Below are positions 1-16,290 of a stretch of DNA of 64,000 nt, one piece after another; the stretch's first letter is position 1, and every line of letters begins with the position of its first letter. The DNA comes from Eledone cirrhosa. Its lineage: Eukaryota. Both the position numbers and the translations under genes were made by a program. The notes beneath the pieces were generated by a model. That model was not told where the DNA came from. It did not search any database and worked only from the letters and a program-made list of their open reading frames with translations. The DNA is taken from positions 88,660,001 to 88,724,000 of the forward strand of contig OZ024747.1 in the NCBI GenBank assembly GCA_964016885.1, given 5' to 3'.

Positions 1-861
1 TGCTTTTTGACTGCCTCTCTCACTAATAACAATAACTTCATGTTTCCAGTAGAGGGTGAAGATGAAGGTAAATCTATTTGTATCTATGCCGTTGTTGAGG
101 CATTAATGATCAGCGGTCAGTTGACCAATTTATTGAACTTAGCTGCAATGGCTCTTGATCATTACATTGCTATTAATATTCCTCTGAAGCATTCTTACTT
201 AATGGACAAACGTCATGTTGAAATATTAATTGCTGGGGTGTGGGTGCTTGGTGCATTGTGTGGTTTCTCTGATTTTCTATTACCCTTCACGCCTTTGTAC
301 AAGAACTGCAGGAATCAGAAATTTTTGAACTATTGTGATACGATTAAGTGTACTATGTTTGAACCAAATTTTCTTTTATTTGCTGTTGTTATTCTGTGTC
401 TATTTGAAATGGTTTTCCTTTATAGTCAAGTTTTCATAACTATTTATAAGTATCCTCAACTGCAAACACGCCATGCACCAAATATACGCCGTAACAACAA
501 AGGTCTCGTTACCACAATCATTATACTTATATCATATATAATATGTTGGTTACCGTATTGTTTAATGGAGTTGACTATGACTATTGTCAGTGCTACTAAC
601 CTACCAAATATGATAAGTTACTATCAGATATCACAGAAAGCTCAGTATTACTTATATAATCTGATCGCACTCAACTCTATATTTGACCCGCTCATTTACG
701 CGATACGTATGCCTGATATACAAAATAGCTATCGTCGCTTGTTACGTATGTGTAAATGCAAAACGCGAAAACCTGGCATGCATCATATTTCTATGATGGA
801 CAGGAAATCGACGACATCAGGTACTGTAATCGTAGACAATGCCACAGAAACGGGTGTTTGA
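1..861 (+). CDS. Class A (rhodopsin-like) GPCR, 5'-truncated by the window edge; TM3-TM7 and C-tail; melanocortin/adenosine/S1P (MECA)-like motif pattern
   Basis: Frame is open from base 1 to TGA at 859-861. It has the DRY-equivalent 'ALDHYIAI', TM4 Trp (GVWVLG), TM6 'ICWLPY', TM7 'NSIFDPLIY' and helix 8 with Cys (RMCKCK). No intron is visible in this part. Confidence 0.92.
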   Translation, partial: CFLTASLTNNNNFMFPVEGEDEGKSICIYAVVEALMISGQLTNLLNLAAMALDHYIAINIPLKHSYLMDKRHVEILIAGVWVLGALCGFSDFLLPFTPLYKNCRNQKFLNYCDTIKCTMFEPNFLLFAVVILCLFEMVFLYSQVFITIYKYPQLQTRHAPNIRRNNKGLVTTIIILISYIICWLPYCLMELTMTIVSATNLPNMISYYQISQKAQYYLYNLIALNSIFDPLIYAIRMPDIQNSYRRLLRMCKCKTRKPGMHHISMMDRKSTTSGTVIVDNATETGV

Positions 862-2159
862 TGTATATTATTTTGATTTCCAGACTTCATAGTCTGATTT
901 AATATAATTTGAATCCAAACCGTGGGAATTTGTTTTCTGACAGTAAAAATTATATCTTGAGTATGTATGATATGTAATCTATATCCGTGCATTTGTACAG
1001 CACTTAAAGACAAGAAAAAGTAGCTACGGAAATTAACAAACCAGAATACAATTTCATCAATCTGGGCGGGTGTTAATAAGATTAAATTATCAAAAGAAAA
1101 CGAATGAAATTGGATGAAAATTACTTCAATTAAAATAATTAAAATGTATTTTACTAACATAGAATATGGAGCCCAATGGCAGAAATGTCTTGATTGAACA
1201 AAGGAAATTTTGTATTTGATACAAATAATTCCTGTATTTCTATAATGAATTCTGGGCCGGTGTAAACTTGTACAGTAATGATTGTCTAGGAAATACCTCG
1301 CGGCTTGCAGCAGTTTTCAATGTTTGCAAATTCCCCGATAGAGTGAGATGTTGCTGAGAAAATTAGGCGGCAATAACATGAATTCGAGAAGATACTGGAA
1401 ATCTTCCATATGGAAGATAGCCATAAAGTTTTTCGAACAATTTAATTAAATATTTGCACTGTAATTTAAGACAATACTTTCTATATTTGATACTGGATTT
1501 CTGTTTCAGTCGAGGATACTTATATTTGAAACAACCTGCAACTGAACCGAAGATCATAGCCAAGCTCGAATTTGCATTAAATTATAAGTGCGTATGATAT
1601 GTATATAAATGTTATGTAAATAGATTTATACAAAGAGTAGTTCCTACAATTTATATAACGAACTGAATTCAAAATCAGTTCTATATCCACTGGGTCAAGT
1701 GACCGAAATATGTTTTCTACAAATTTTGTGGTTCATGCTGTTGATATAATTGCTGTTACATGTTAAACTTGATATTGTTGTTGTTGTCGTTGCTATTTAT
1801 TCGAAATGCTCATCATCTAATTGTGACTATTGAATTTGCATCTTCATCATTTTTATTCGAACGATGGTGCAAAACAAATTCAATTTTTTTTCCGTTGTGG
1901 TATTTTTGTAATTACACAATACAAATGGGTGATATAATCGGAAAAGTAAAACAAACCACAACACATATATTCGAAGAAAAAAACACATTTAAAAAAACAA
2001 AATGTCTTTTCTATTAACATTACAATTTACTTATTATCGACGAGCATTTTATATTACATATTTTCTATTTAGTGTAAAGAACCACAGATAGAAACATATA
2101 AAATTAGGGAATATAATGCACACACTCACATATATATTCAACGAACATAATATACATAC

Positions 2160-2852
<693 letters not shown>

Positions 2853-3072
2853 TCTTTTTCTTAACATTTTCGATCCTTGGTTCTTTCAAACAGAATTCTG
2901 AGCATATTTAGTGACGTCGCAGTGGTTCACTAAACTTGAGGCTTTGAAGAAATTACCATATATAGTCTCTCTTCAAATGTTCACATTTCACGGACTCAGT
3001 TCACAAGTTCCCTAATTCGTCTTATCACTCATCTCTCCGGAACTTTCTCTTAACATACCAAACAATCCGTAC

Positions 3073-3117
<45 letters not shown>

Positions 3118-4288
3118 AAAATCCTTCGTACTCACACACTGTACTAATACACACGCACACATCAATAAACCCGGGATATACATACCCTCAAAGAACAATA
3201 TAACTGACATGCACTTATTTTCAGATACGCACATTACACATACAAGACATTCACAGACTCCCCACACACACACACATACATACATGACCCCCCCCTCCCC
3301 ATAAACATAACTTCACCACACGCACACATCCGGTCTAAGAAATAAACACGTAAATATATAGTGTGACAAGCATAGATCTCCACATGCCTACACATCCACA
3401 CATACAAGAACAGCTAGCTAATCCAACACACACTCCATCAATATCATACCAACACTATCAACAATACGAAAGACACAGACACACAGACACAGACATAGAC
3501 ACATTGATATATCCACACAATGGGGTCTTGCCATTTGCTCTCTGGTTACAAAAAAAAGAGTTATCTATCCCACTACATCCAGTTACTTCGCCACCGTTTA
3601 ACCGTATGTGCGCACGCAACAATTTGCTTCATTGTACATGTGCGCTTATCGTACAGGCAGCAACTCACATGTACGGTTAGGTCCATTCATATACATGCGT
3701 TCAACCTTTTCCTATTTCTTAATGGAGTTTTCTTAAATCAAAATATCTCTGAATTTAAGTATTTTGTTAATCTTACCTCTTGAAATTACCTAAGATAATT
3801 TTCTAAACATAGAATTGGTAATACGTAAGGAACTTCTAAAATTATATCCTAAGAAGAGCAAACGTGAAATATTAAATATAATCTTGGAAACTAAATAACT
3901 TATCTTAGGATTTCGATACAGAATAATTATATAGATATAGAGACATCGAGCTGAAGAGATAGTTAAGGGGTTAAAAAGTTTGCTTCGCAATCATACATTT
4001 CTCGGTTCAGTCTCACTATGCACCATAGTCCTGAGTTGGCGTAAGCTTTTTAAGGGAAATACTGTTTGGGAACCCGTCGGATGGACAGTGTCCTAAGTCG
4101 ACAAACTTGTCACGCATTGTGTTACATGGAATCTCCCTGAAAATAAATATATTTAAGGGTACGCGTGTCTATGGAATGCGCAGTCGCTAACAAATTAACT
4201 TAACCAAAAGGCCGTTCCATTCACCGAGCGACTGGAGTACTCACCAACGGAGATCCATTTATCTATAGAGTAATGGTAACTATTCAAA

Positions 4289-4800
<512 letters not shown>

Positions 4801-5704
4801 CATATATTTAGCAACTGTATTTTGTTATGTATTTTATTGTGAAATGAAATTATATAGATATATTATATCGTACATCTACGACAGGTCAATGACTGTTTAT
4901 TGTGTAATGAAATTATATACTTTTATACTATACAAATACTATATCGAACATCAACGACAGCTCAATGACTGTCAATGATCAAAGACTCTCAAGTGGGAAC
5001 AATTACTGCTTTTATTTATTTATTGATGTAAATTTCACACAGTGTCTCTTAGACAGTATTATTCAATATGCTCATTCCATTTTGAAGCTGGTAGACTGTG
5101 ATTTGAGTAAGATTCGGGTGCTATTTCTAGCATGTCATGCGAAAACTTAGAGGCATCCCCTCAGTGTCGTGACCAGGTCGTAGCAAAACGATGAAAATAA
5201 AAACATCAATTAAACAATATATGTATGTCTTTTAAAATCTAACTTGCTTCTATCAGAATGTTAAAGTTAACATTTCATTACAAGATCTCATAATGAAATC
5301 ATTTGCTTGATTGGTTCAGAAACGAAATTTTAATGGGAATATTTATGGTCGGTTTGAATCAAGATATACTTTTATTAAGACTAAAGTCTAAAATTAAACA
5401 ATAATTAGGGTGGGAGATTGGCAGAATCAGTATTTAGTAAGGCTGTGTACATCCTCAAAGACTGCCGGGAGCAATATTCTTCATCATTACAGAGTTAATA
5501 ATAAAAGAACCAATTAAGTAGTAGTACCTTCCGACAAAACCTCTACCATTCGACGTATATTAAAAGTAAATAGTAATACAATATTTTTCTGCGCATGAGA
5601 CACAAATTTATCCAAAATTTTGAAGTTATGAATATAATAATTGTTTCTTTTTTGGCACAAGGCCAGCAATGGTGTCTGACCCTCTACCAATACTGATGAA
5701 TATA

Positions 5705-5888
5705 ATAATTGTTTCGACTTTTGGCACAAGGCCAGCAATTATCCTAGTGTATTACTGGTACTTTATTTTATCGACCCCGTAAGGATGAAAGGCAAAGTTA
5801 ACCTCGGCGGGATTTGAACTCAGATCATAAATGGCCGTAACTCTTTGCTGCAAAGCATGGCGTTCGACCCTCTACCGATACTGCATGA
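5705..5888 (-). mobile_element. tRNA-derived SINE family A copy
   Basis: Reverse complement of the family A sequence seen at 35417-35599; part of a chain of copies and fragments at 5640-6149. Confidence 0.85.
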
Positions 5889-6149
5889 TGGTTTCTAGGC
5901 AAAAAGGATGGTTTCTAGGCATTTTAGGGAGAGAGGGAAGTCATTTACATCGACCCAGTACTTTAACACTAATTTATTATGTTGAACTCGGAAGAATGAA
6001 CGTCAAACTTAACTTCGACAGGATATGAACGCAGAATGTAAAACTCGGATCAAATGACGCTAGTCAATTTATACAACGTTCTAATAATCCTGATAATCTA
6101 CAACAATAACAATGTTTTCTGATTTAGGCACGAGGCCAATAATTTTGGA

Positions 6150-6878
6150 TGCCGAGTGCTGCGTGGTTGGAATGGAAATCAGTGCTGCGAAAACTGAGAC
6201 ACTCCTCCTCTAAAGGAAGCCAGCGCAATGCACTCTATATGTGAATGGAGTTCTACTGAAGCAGGTGGAGAAGTTCAAGTATCTTGGGGTCGTGCTCACG
6301 TGTTATGGAAGGCAGGAAGCTGAAATAAGTGCAAGAAATGTAGGAGTTCACCACTATCAGCATTCAGTAATCAGAAGAAGGGAAGATAGGTGTAAAAGTC
6401 AAACTCGCTATCTTCAATTCAGTATTCGTGCCAACCCTTAGCTATGGTCATGAATCTTGGGTAATGACCGAAATAATACGATCGCGAATACAAGCGGCCG
6501 AAATGGGATTTCTCCGAAGGGTTTTTGGAGTAACGTTACTCGATAGAGAGCGCAGCTCGGAGATCAGAGAGTCACTCTAGATAAAGCTACTACTTCTCCG
6601 AATTGAGATATCACAGTTCTGATACTATGGACATGTGGTTAGATTGTCTCAGGAAAGAATCGCTTGGCAAAACAAACTGGCAGGGAAACCAGGGGTAGAC
6701 CCCGAGCAAGATGGTTGGATAACATCCATGAGCTTGTCTGGTCACGCTTGGAGATCCAGTCGGAGACGGTTGCTTCTGACAGGTGACAGGACACGCTGGA
6801 ATAAGTGGACGAAGAAAAAGAAGAAGAAGAAGAAGAAGAAGAAGAAGAAGAAGAAGAAGAAGAAGAAGAAGAAGAAGA
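6150..6878 (+). mobile_element. 5'-truncated RTE-clade (Rex3/Expander-like) LINE with (GAA)n tail, nested in a SINE A copy
   Basis: Degenerate translation 'VNGVLLKQVEKFKYLGV...VFVPTLSYGHESWVMTEIIRSRIQAAEMGFLRRVFGVTLLDRERSSEIRESL...YYGHVVRLSQERI' is typical of the RTE ORF C-terminus. (GAA)n tail at 6811-6878. SINE A sequence lies on both sides (6115-6149 and 6880-7042). Confidence 0.88.
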
Positions 6879-7333
6879 TCAAAACGAACCCAGTGCATTA
6901 CTGGTACTTTAGTTTACCGACCCAATAAGGATGAAAGGTACAGTTGACCTTGGTGAGATTGGAATTCGGAACGTAAAGAGCCTTAACTCTATGCTGCAAA
7001 GCATGTTTCTCGCGCTCTACGATACTGACAATCCACCGTCCTAACAACAACAATAATTATAACATATGTATATACGCATAATATACAGAACCCATGTATG
7101 TGTATAACTATTTGTTTAAACTGCTATGCATTTGTATAGTTAGTATAATCACTAATTAATACCAACATCCGTATTTTTCCTTTAAACAGGGATGCGACAT
7201 ACACAGTGGCGTATCTTATAATCCCCAAAATACGATAATGAAATAGAAAAGCTTTATACAAAATGAATCAATTACGTTTACTATCATTTGATATATATTT
7301 CAATAAACCATCTATTTATAACTGTTTAAATGT

Positions 7334-7562
7334 TTAACCCTTTAGCATTTACATTACTCTATATTTACTATTGTATTTTCATGGTAGAGGCTTTACCTAA
7401 CATAATTATCTCACATAATATCGAATCATTAAGATTTCGATATTAATTATTTTGAGAACAATAGCTTAACATCTGTATGAGCAGCCGGTTACAGCTGGTT
7501 TGAACAGAAAGAGATGAGAGGATTCTGGCCGGATATGGCCAGTTGAAATGTTAAATGTTTAA
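7334..7562. mobile_element. piggyBac-like MITE
   Basis: Starts TTAA|CCCTTTAGCATT and ends in a degenerate AATGTTAAATGTTTAA. An inverted sister copy lies at 8438-8665. Confidence 0.7.
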
Positions 7563-8203
7563 ATATGTCTTATATATCTATGTACACATAGGTGTACAGG
7601 AATTAACACATATCGGATATTCCCGCTTTCACCTTATGCACACATACACACATGTATATTTTAGATAGAACTAGTGAATTGATGCCCTCAATAATGATGG
7701 CAACAGTGTTGAATGTATTTAATTTTTGGAGTCTAAAATCAATATTCCATATATACCAGAATTATTGAATACATGGACAATCATACGAACTGTGAAATTT
7801 GCGTCTTGATAAGTTTATATTGATTACTGACACGTCAAGTGATTTATGATTAAAAGGATATTTTAATTTATTTATGGGATTTAATTACATAAATGTTTAG
7901 CATGTATGTACAAGTTACAGGCGAAGATATATACATATAAATATACAGACATCCATGAGGCATCATTAAGGTTGATTACATATGGCATTCGCTATGCAAT
8001 GAAGATAGTTTTAATATTCGACTACACTGTGCAGCATCTTGGGAAATTGTCTTTCACCATAACATGTCGACCTAAAGATTGTGAGTAAAACTAGATAGGC
8101 GGGTACTGTGCTTAAGCACATCAAATAAAATGAACCTGTAATTCAAAAGAAAGACTTTGTTACAGATTGTCACGTTGATCATATCTGAAAACCTGAAGAT
8201 TAG

Positions 8204-8665
8204 GTTAACTCTTTGGATACCAAACAGCCCGAAATCGCCCTTAGTTATCTGATGGAAAACTATTTAACTAAGGATCCTCCATCATAATTTTAGAAACTTT
8301 AAGCTATGATTTAAATGCCAACTTAATCATGAGAGTATTGATTATATTACTAAATCCCTCGAAATTCGTGATTATTTTCAAAATTATTTGAAACATAATT
8401 ACAGTGTCTTTCATTAGAAATAGGGTGAGGAAAAGGTTTAACCCTTTAGCATTTAAACTGGCCATATCCGGCCAGAATTCTCTCACTTCTTTCAGTTCAA
8501 ACTGGCTGCAACCGGGCGCTCATACTTACGTTAAGGTTTGTTTTCAAAATAAATACTATCAAAATTTCATAGATTCGATATTATGTGAGATAATTCTGTG
8601 AGGTAAAGCCTTTACTATGAAAATATAATAGTGAATATAGAGTAATGTAAGTGCTAAATGTTTAG
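8204..8665. mobile_element. Two adjacent piggyBac-like MITEs sharing one TTAA (8204-8441 and 8438-8665)
   Basis: TTAACTCTTTGGATACC...GAAAAGGTTTAA is followed directly by TTAACCCTTTAGCATTTAAACTGGCC.... The second element is the reverse complement of 7334-7562. Confidence 0.65.
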
Positions 8666-10094
8666 AGTGTAAGTGTTTGTGAAATATTCAACTGTGTACA
8701 CGATAATATATAACAGCATACCCAGATGTTTGACAACACTCAGCAACTGTCAATAAAAGAGGATAACAAACAAAACCAAAAATAATTTTCCAACGATGCT
8801 GTATTTGAAGAGTTTACTGATTTGGGGATGAAAATATATAATAAATATACGAAAGAAATCAGTAAGTGGAATGGACCTCCATCGGTTTCTACGATGAACG
8901 TTCCAGTTGTTCGATCAACGGAATAGCCTACTTATGAAATGAACGTGTAAGTGGTAGAACATTCCATAGACACGTTAACCTATAGAGTAATTCTCTGAGA
9001 GATCCAGCCTGACATAATATGTGACAAGACTGGTCCTTTGAATTATAGATAGTTTATCTGACATGCTCCGAAACAGTTCCTGTCTACCCAGTTTCACTCA
9101 CAAGGCATAATTCGACCCGAGGCTAGGGTAAATGTTACTTGCTCAAGATACGACTCAGTGGCATTGAACACGGTACCTAATGATTGTGATGCAAACTTAA
9201 ATAATTAGCCATGATGTGTCCATAAATCATTACGTATGCTGTAATGTCGGTAACTAAAAGTACTAAAAATAAAACAGACCTACATACGTCTCAACATACG
9301 AAATCACCTGAAATACATTATAACGAGGGTGGGGCGCTGGGCGGTGGAACTTCGTCATTTACGATGAACAGCATGCTTTGGGATTTAGCGTACAACTAGC
9401 TGGGTATTCTACAATCATATGTAAGCTTAAGGTAATTCTAAGAGAGGTTCAGTGAGACTTGGTGGGCCCTGTGTATTACAAATGCAACTAATTTATACTG
9501 GGTGAATGAGCTTGAACAACGGGAAATGTAGTGTCTTGTTCAAAGACACAACATAACACCGGAAATCTAACTCACAACCTTAAGATCGTCAAGAATACAC
9601 TCTAACCATTAAGCCACGCATCGACACACACATAACGCTAAAATCATGCCTAGGGGCGGAAAGATATAAATGTGAACAAAATTTCTCGTTTCTTATCATT
9701 GGATCTTATATGATTTTAGAGACCATTAAACCACACACAAGTCTTATGATTAAATAAATGATAGCATATTTGGTATGTGATCGTCATTTATCTTTCTTTG
9801 TATTATTTAGCAATACTCTAATTCAACGTACATCTACTCTCAGCAAAAGACTCATTTTTACTCGTCGTTACTTTTATAATATTAAGTCTTGAATTTCTTA
9901 CTTTGGACATAGCGGTACAAAATAGACCATGTGGAAAGCATGTGTGTGTGTGGGTGGGTGTGTCTGTGTGTGTGTGGGGGGGGGGGGGGGTGTATGTGTG
10001 TGTGTGTACTTTTTGTTCTTTATATTTTTCTCCATTTTTAGCGCTAATAAAACGAATGCCGATGTTCGTAAGAAACCGATAGCGCTTCTCTCTT

Positions 10095-10168
<74 letters not shown>

Positions 10169-10169
10169 T

Positions 10170-10830
10170 AATTAATTAAACAAAATACCATTAAAATATC
10201 CTCTCCACGCCACCAAATTTGACTGGCTATATGACTTTTAGTAACCAGCGTAAAATCTCATAAACCAGTCTACACTAAAATATTACCTTGAAAACTTCTA
10301 CCAGAAATATGAATAATAACAAATAACAATTGGAACTACATACCACATATTAACACACCTAACTTCTCCTCTAGCAAAAGTACTTAATCTAATTCGTAAT
10401 GTAACTATAGTATTCATTGTAGTTGTCTCCTAAATGGTCATTGCCTTAAGAAAAATATAGTTTATAAATGCACTGTCTATGTTCCTAATTCAACTAATTT
10501 CTATATAGGCGTTACTGCTAATTCCTTTAAAACTCGTTACAATTCCCATTTACATTTTTTTTTTTAATAAAGAGAATCTAAATGTCTTCACCTCCTGAAC
10601 TCAATTTATTTCTACTTTAAATAAATCTAACACCTCTTGTCATCTAGAATGGCCTATAATTCATTCCGTGAAGGCTTATGATGGAGGTGGTAATTCTTGT
10701 GCTCTTTGTATTTCGGAAGCTTGTGAGATCATTCTGTCCCCACGTACTTTTAAATCACTGAAATAAACTGATTATAGTATGCCCACATCACCTAGCGTAC
10801 TCTTTTTGTAATAGAAGATATGAACCAACT
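10170..10830 (+). pseudogene. Penelope-like element (PLE) C-terminal GIY-YIG endonuclease remnant
   Basis: From 10400: 'CNYSIHCSCLLNGHCLKKNIVYKCTVYVPNSTNFYIGVTANSFKTRYNSH', and downstream 'LEWPIIHSVKAYDGGGNSCALCISEACEII'. This matches the Cys-rich linker, the IVY..YIG.T..FK.RY..H motif and the W.I...Y....C.LC..E motif of PLE endonucleases. It is frameshifted and begins right after a (TA)n tract. Confidence 0.8.
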
Positions 10831-11179
10831 TAATTTATTTTATTTATTTCTTAGACTACTATATATGGAAATTTCGGCCGCTTTGCCATCCTACCTCTTA
10901 GTCAATAGCATGTTTATCCTGCATATTTATTTCCTACTCCCCTTAGTTATTTCTAGACCATATGAGTATTAATATGTTAATCTTTTAAATAATATATGTA
11001 TTTATCAATTATAACCATATCTTTACTTGAATGTATACTCATATATGCATATGATGGCATCAATATGTTCATGTTCATACCTGCGATTAAGTAGCTGTAT
11101 ATTTATCTCTATATTATGTGTATGTATGCATGTATGTATATGTATTTATCTATGTCTATGTTTATATGTAGCTATATAT

Positions 11180-11848
<669 letters not shown>

Positions 11849-12189
11849 TAAATTTAAGTTATTACGTATTATATATAACTACATACATATATTTATTAGT
11901 TTATATATATGAAAGTCGATTTAATAACTCAATATGTGGTTCGATATTCCCTTTCATCCTAACTACTGACCATATTTTAATAAATGTATTTTTAAAGTAT
12001 TCTTTTTTAAATAGAACACCCTCACTCGGTCCTCAAAATAAAATTTAATTTTTATGGTTTGTAATATAACTTGTTGATACAAGTCCTTTATTGTATTTAT
12101 GCTTTCATGCGTCAGTGAATGTGTATATTCATATATATATATAGGTAATGCATGTGGTTCTCCTCTCTCTATCTGCCTGTGTGAGTGTT

Positions 12190-12360
12190 CATAGTTCAAT
12201 TACCGATGTAACTGCGTCTTTGCCCAGGAACAGTGTCTATCGAGGTTGTATATCAAGGCATCTATGCGGTGAGGGCTGGACGCCAAGTGAAAATTTGCAC
12301 ATAGCAAGCCCGAGGACCGCTGAGAGGAAAATGGAAAAGTTTTCTGTGGTTATTGGCATC
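12190..12360 (-). mobile_element. Possible degenerate RTE (BovB-like) RT fragment
   Basis: Minus-strand translation 'FSIFLSAVLGLA...GV...YNLDR...KDAVTSVIEL' resembles the RTE RT segment upstream of YADD. It is short and frameshifted. Confidence 0.35.
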
Positions 12361-13436
12361 CCTGTCTGGGGAAGGGCTAGGGCCTAGGGCGAGGCGGTGT
12401 TGGCGCTGCGCCCGCGGACAAGACCGCAAAAGTTATAATAATTTAGGCACAAGGCTAGCAATTTTGTTTTTCGGAGGAGGGGGTTAAACGTCGATTAAAT
12501 TGACCCTGACTCTAATACGTTATTGGTACTTTACTTTATCGACTCCGTATGGATGAAAGTCAAAAGTAACTTCAGCGGGATTTGAACTGAGAACGTAAAG
12601 GACCGTAATTATATGCCTCAAAGTATGTTATCCGACGCTTAAGTTATAATAATAATAATAAAGGAGGTTATGAGATACACTTAGCAGATAAGGAAATAGC
12701 TTAATAGGTTAATGCAATAGGTTATATGTAATTAAATCTAATAGATAGGTCAGATAAACAAAAGGAAATAAAATAGCGACGGTCATTTTAGAAAGGAATA
12801 CTTTCAAATGCTAAAAGTTAGTGCTTAAATCTAATGTATATTAGATTATAGCCATTAAGACGTGGGGGATATCTCTTTCAGTTTGATGTATAAGGAAGAA
12901 CTCTAAAATAAAATATTGAAGAATAGGTTCGTTTGGTTTCGTGAAGATGCGTAGCTTTGTGGTTAAGGTGTTCAGTCCGTGATCGTAAGGTGACGCGTTG
13001 TATCATTGAGCAAAACAATTTATTTCATGTTATTTCAGTTCACTTTCTTGGCAAAATTTAATTGCATCAGTAAATAAAAAGGCCAGCCTTATCACATACT
13101 GTGTCACACTGAACAGCCATGTGAACTGCGTTAAGGGTAGACAACTCTGTGAAATGATCAACCACGTGCTTGTTAATTTCATGATTGTTCCGTTGGTCAA
13201 ACAACCAAAACAATCGACGCCGAACCGACAGAGAAAACAGTTTGCTTCTGAACCCCCAAAATATGACCATATATGAATATTTAAGACAAAACAAAAATGC
13301 TGGTAGATTGCTGGTATAAACGTGTATGTAAGATGCTCACTTCACAACTATATGGTACTAGGTTCAATTCCACTGTGTCGAACATTAGGCAAGTGTCTCA
13401 TACCACAGCCTCAAAAAACAAATAACTTTTCGGATG

Positions 13437-13629
13437 ATATATATATATATATATATATAATATATATATATAATATATATATATATATAATATATATATA
13501 TATATAATATATATATATAATATATATATATATATATAATATATATATATAATATATATATATATATAATATATATGTATAATATATATATATAATATAT
13601 ATATATAATATATAATATATATATATAAA

Positions 13630-13660
<31 letters not shown>

Positions 13661-13673
13661 TATATATATATAT

Positions 13674-13722
<49 letters not shown>

Positions 13723-14211
13723 TAATATATATGTATAATATATATATATAATATATATATATAATATATAATATATATATATATAATATATATATATATA
13801 TTATATATATATATATTATATATATATATTATATATATACATATATATATATAATATATATATATAATATATATATATAATATATATATATAATATATAT
13901 ATATATAATATATATATATAATATATATATATAATATATATATATAATATATATATATATAATATATATATATAATATATAATATATATATATATAATAT
14001 ATATATATATATTATATATATATATATTATATATATATATTATATATATACATATATATATATAATATATATATATAATATATATATATAATATATATAT
14101 ATAATATATATATATATAATATATATATATAATATATATATATAATATATATATATAATATATATATATAATATATATATATAATATATATATATAATAT
14201 ATATATATAAT

Positions 14212-14283
<72 letters not shown>
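13437..14283. repeat. ~850-bp interrupted (TA)n tract with recurring TATATATATAA units
   Basis: Visible. Confidence 0.95.
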
Positions 14284-14287
<4 letters not shown>

Positions 14288-14503
14288 AACCAGTAAGACC
14301 CCGACAGCTGAGCTCAAGCCGTTTCGACGGCTAATTCTGGACTCACTAATTCTGGACGGCTAATTCTGGACTGAATTAGCCGTCGAAACGGCTTGAGCTC
14401 AGCTGTCGGGGTCTTACTGGTTCCTATTACCCACTCTACTACCTCAAGTATTGAGTACTTTGGTGCGTTATGGTCCACCTGGTTCCTTACCACATTTCCT
14501 TCG

Positions 14504-14507
<4 letters not shown>
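14284..14507 (+). mobile_element. Penelope-type short element family D with an inverted partial copy; carries only the 3' half of the hammerhead
   Basis: 14284-14340 is the reverse complement of ~14373-14426. It is embedded in (TA)n. Same family at 21042-21240, 21363-21607 and 57902-58106. Confidence 0.75.
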
Positions 14508-14581
<74 letters not shown>

Positions 14582-14591
14582 TATATAATAT

Positions 14592-14692
<101 letters not shown>

Positions 14693-14925
14693 TCCGAAAA
14701 GTTATTTGTTTTTTGCAGCCATTCTGGTTGGAATCTCCAAGAGAGATTCCAACCAGAATGGTTGCATTTTTTAAGGGTATGTCAATATTTATTTATAAAA
14801 CTAACCTATATTATATTTTATCTGCTGAAAGCGCACCATAGTTTGCTTTGGTGGCCCTTGAAATATGTATAATGAAATAAATATGGTTTTATAAATATAG
14901 TTTCCATTTGTTAATATATTGTATA

Positions 14926-14983
<58 letters not shown>

Positions 14984-15083
14984 ACGACTTATTGTAAAGA
15001 TTTGAATCAACCACCAGTGAAGTCATTCTTCCCTTTTTTCAAATTTATCTTACTGTACCAAGGAATTTCCTTCATTTTCTACT

Positions 15084-15645
<562 letters not shown>

Positions 15646-16049
15646 AGGTATGTAAAAAATCCAGAAAATATATGAATTGAGTTATAGAATGATTGATGAT
15701 TTTATGAATGTGAATAGACCATGTTCATCGATAATAATATAAAACATAAAGCTTGAAACAAGACCCCTTATCTTTGCAACAGGCGGTGAGACCTGGTGAA
15801 CAAATATTACCAAATTCTTTTTAGATCTCAAATGTTCCACTATCTGGGGAATGGGTAGTCTGAAACGTTGAAAGTGTTTAGATTAGCCGAGAAGAAATAC
15901 AAGAAAATGTGTGTGTGTGATAATATAACATAGATTGCTTCTAGGGAATTATCTCGAATATACAGAGAAATATATAAAACAGAGAAACCAATCAGTACTG
16001 CTATAATCTTTGAAGACAGAAAATTATTTTTGAAATTCACCATACAATG

Positions 16050-16290
16050 ACAGCAACGTGATTAGCAACCAAACTTCCCTCAAAACATACCCTGCCGATT
16101 TAAAAGGAATGGGATACATTTAATATTATTGTTCTTAATATTAACCAAACCTCTTCTTGAATCATATCCGCACCTCTGCCGTCTTAAAAAGAAAGAGAGG
16201 CATTGATAAAAAATAGTCTTAAATACACTGCATGAAATAAACGTGGAATGGTCACGACTGGAATGCTTTTGGACGTAGATCTGCTTCTTC
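16050..16290 (+). mobile_element. Interspersed repeat family C (SINE-like) copy
   Basis: Shares the motifs 'TAGCAGCCAAATCTCCCTCAAATCACACCCT' and 'GGATGGTCACRGCTGGAATGCCTTTG' with copies at ~40905-41280, 47195-47390, 50745-51115(-) and 42040-42230. Confidence 0.6.

Noticed and set aside
783-1160. 125-aa minus-strand ORF overlapping the GPCR end
   Set aside because: AT-rich antisense frame over the GPCR tail and 3' UTR with no recognisable domain.
3700-3973. Possible piggyBac-like MITE ending AAGGGGTTAA
   Set aside because: The left terminus is too degenerate to define, so it is not listed as a feature.
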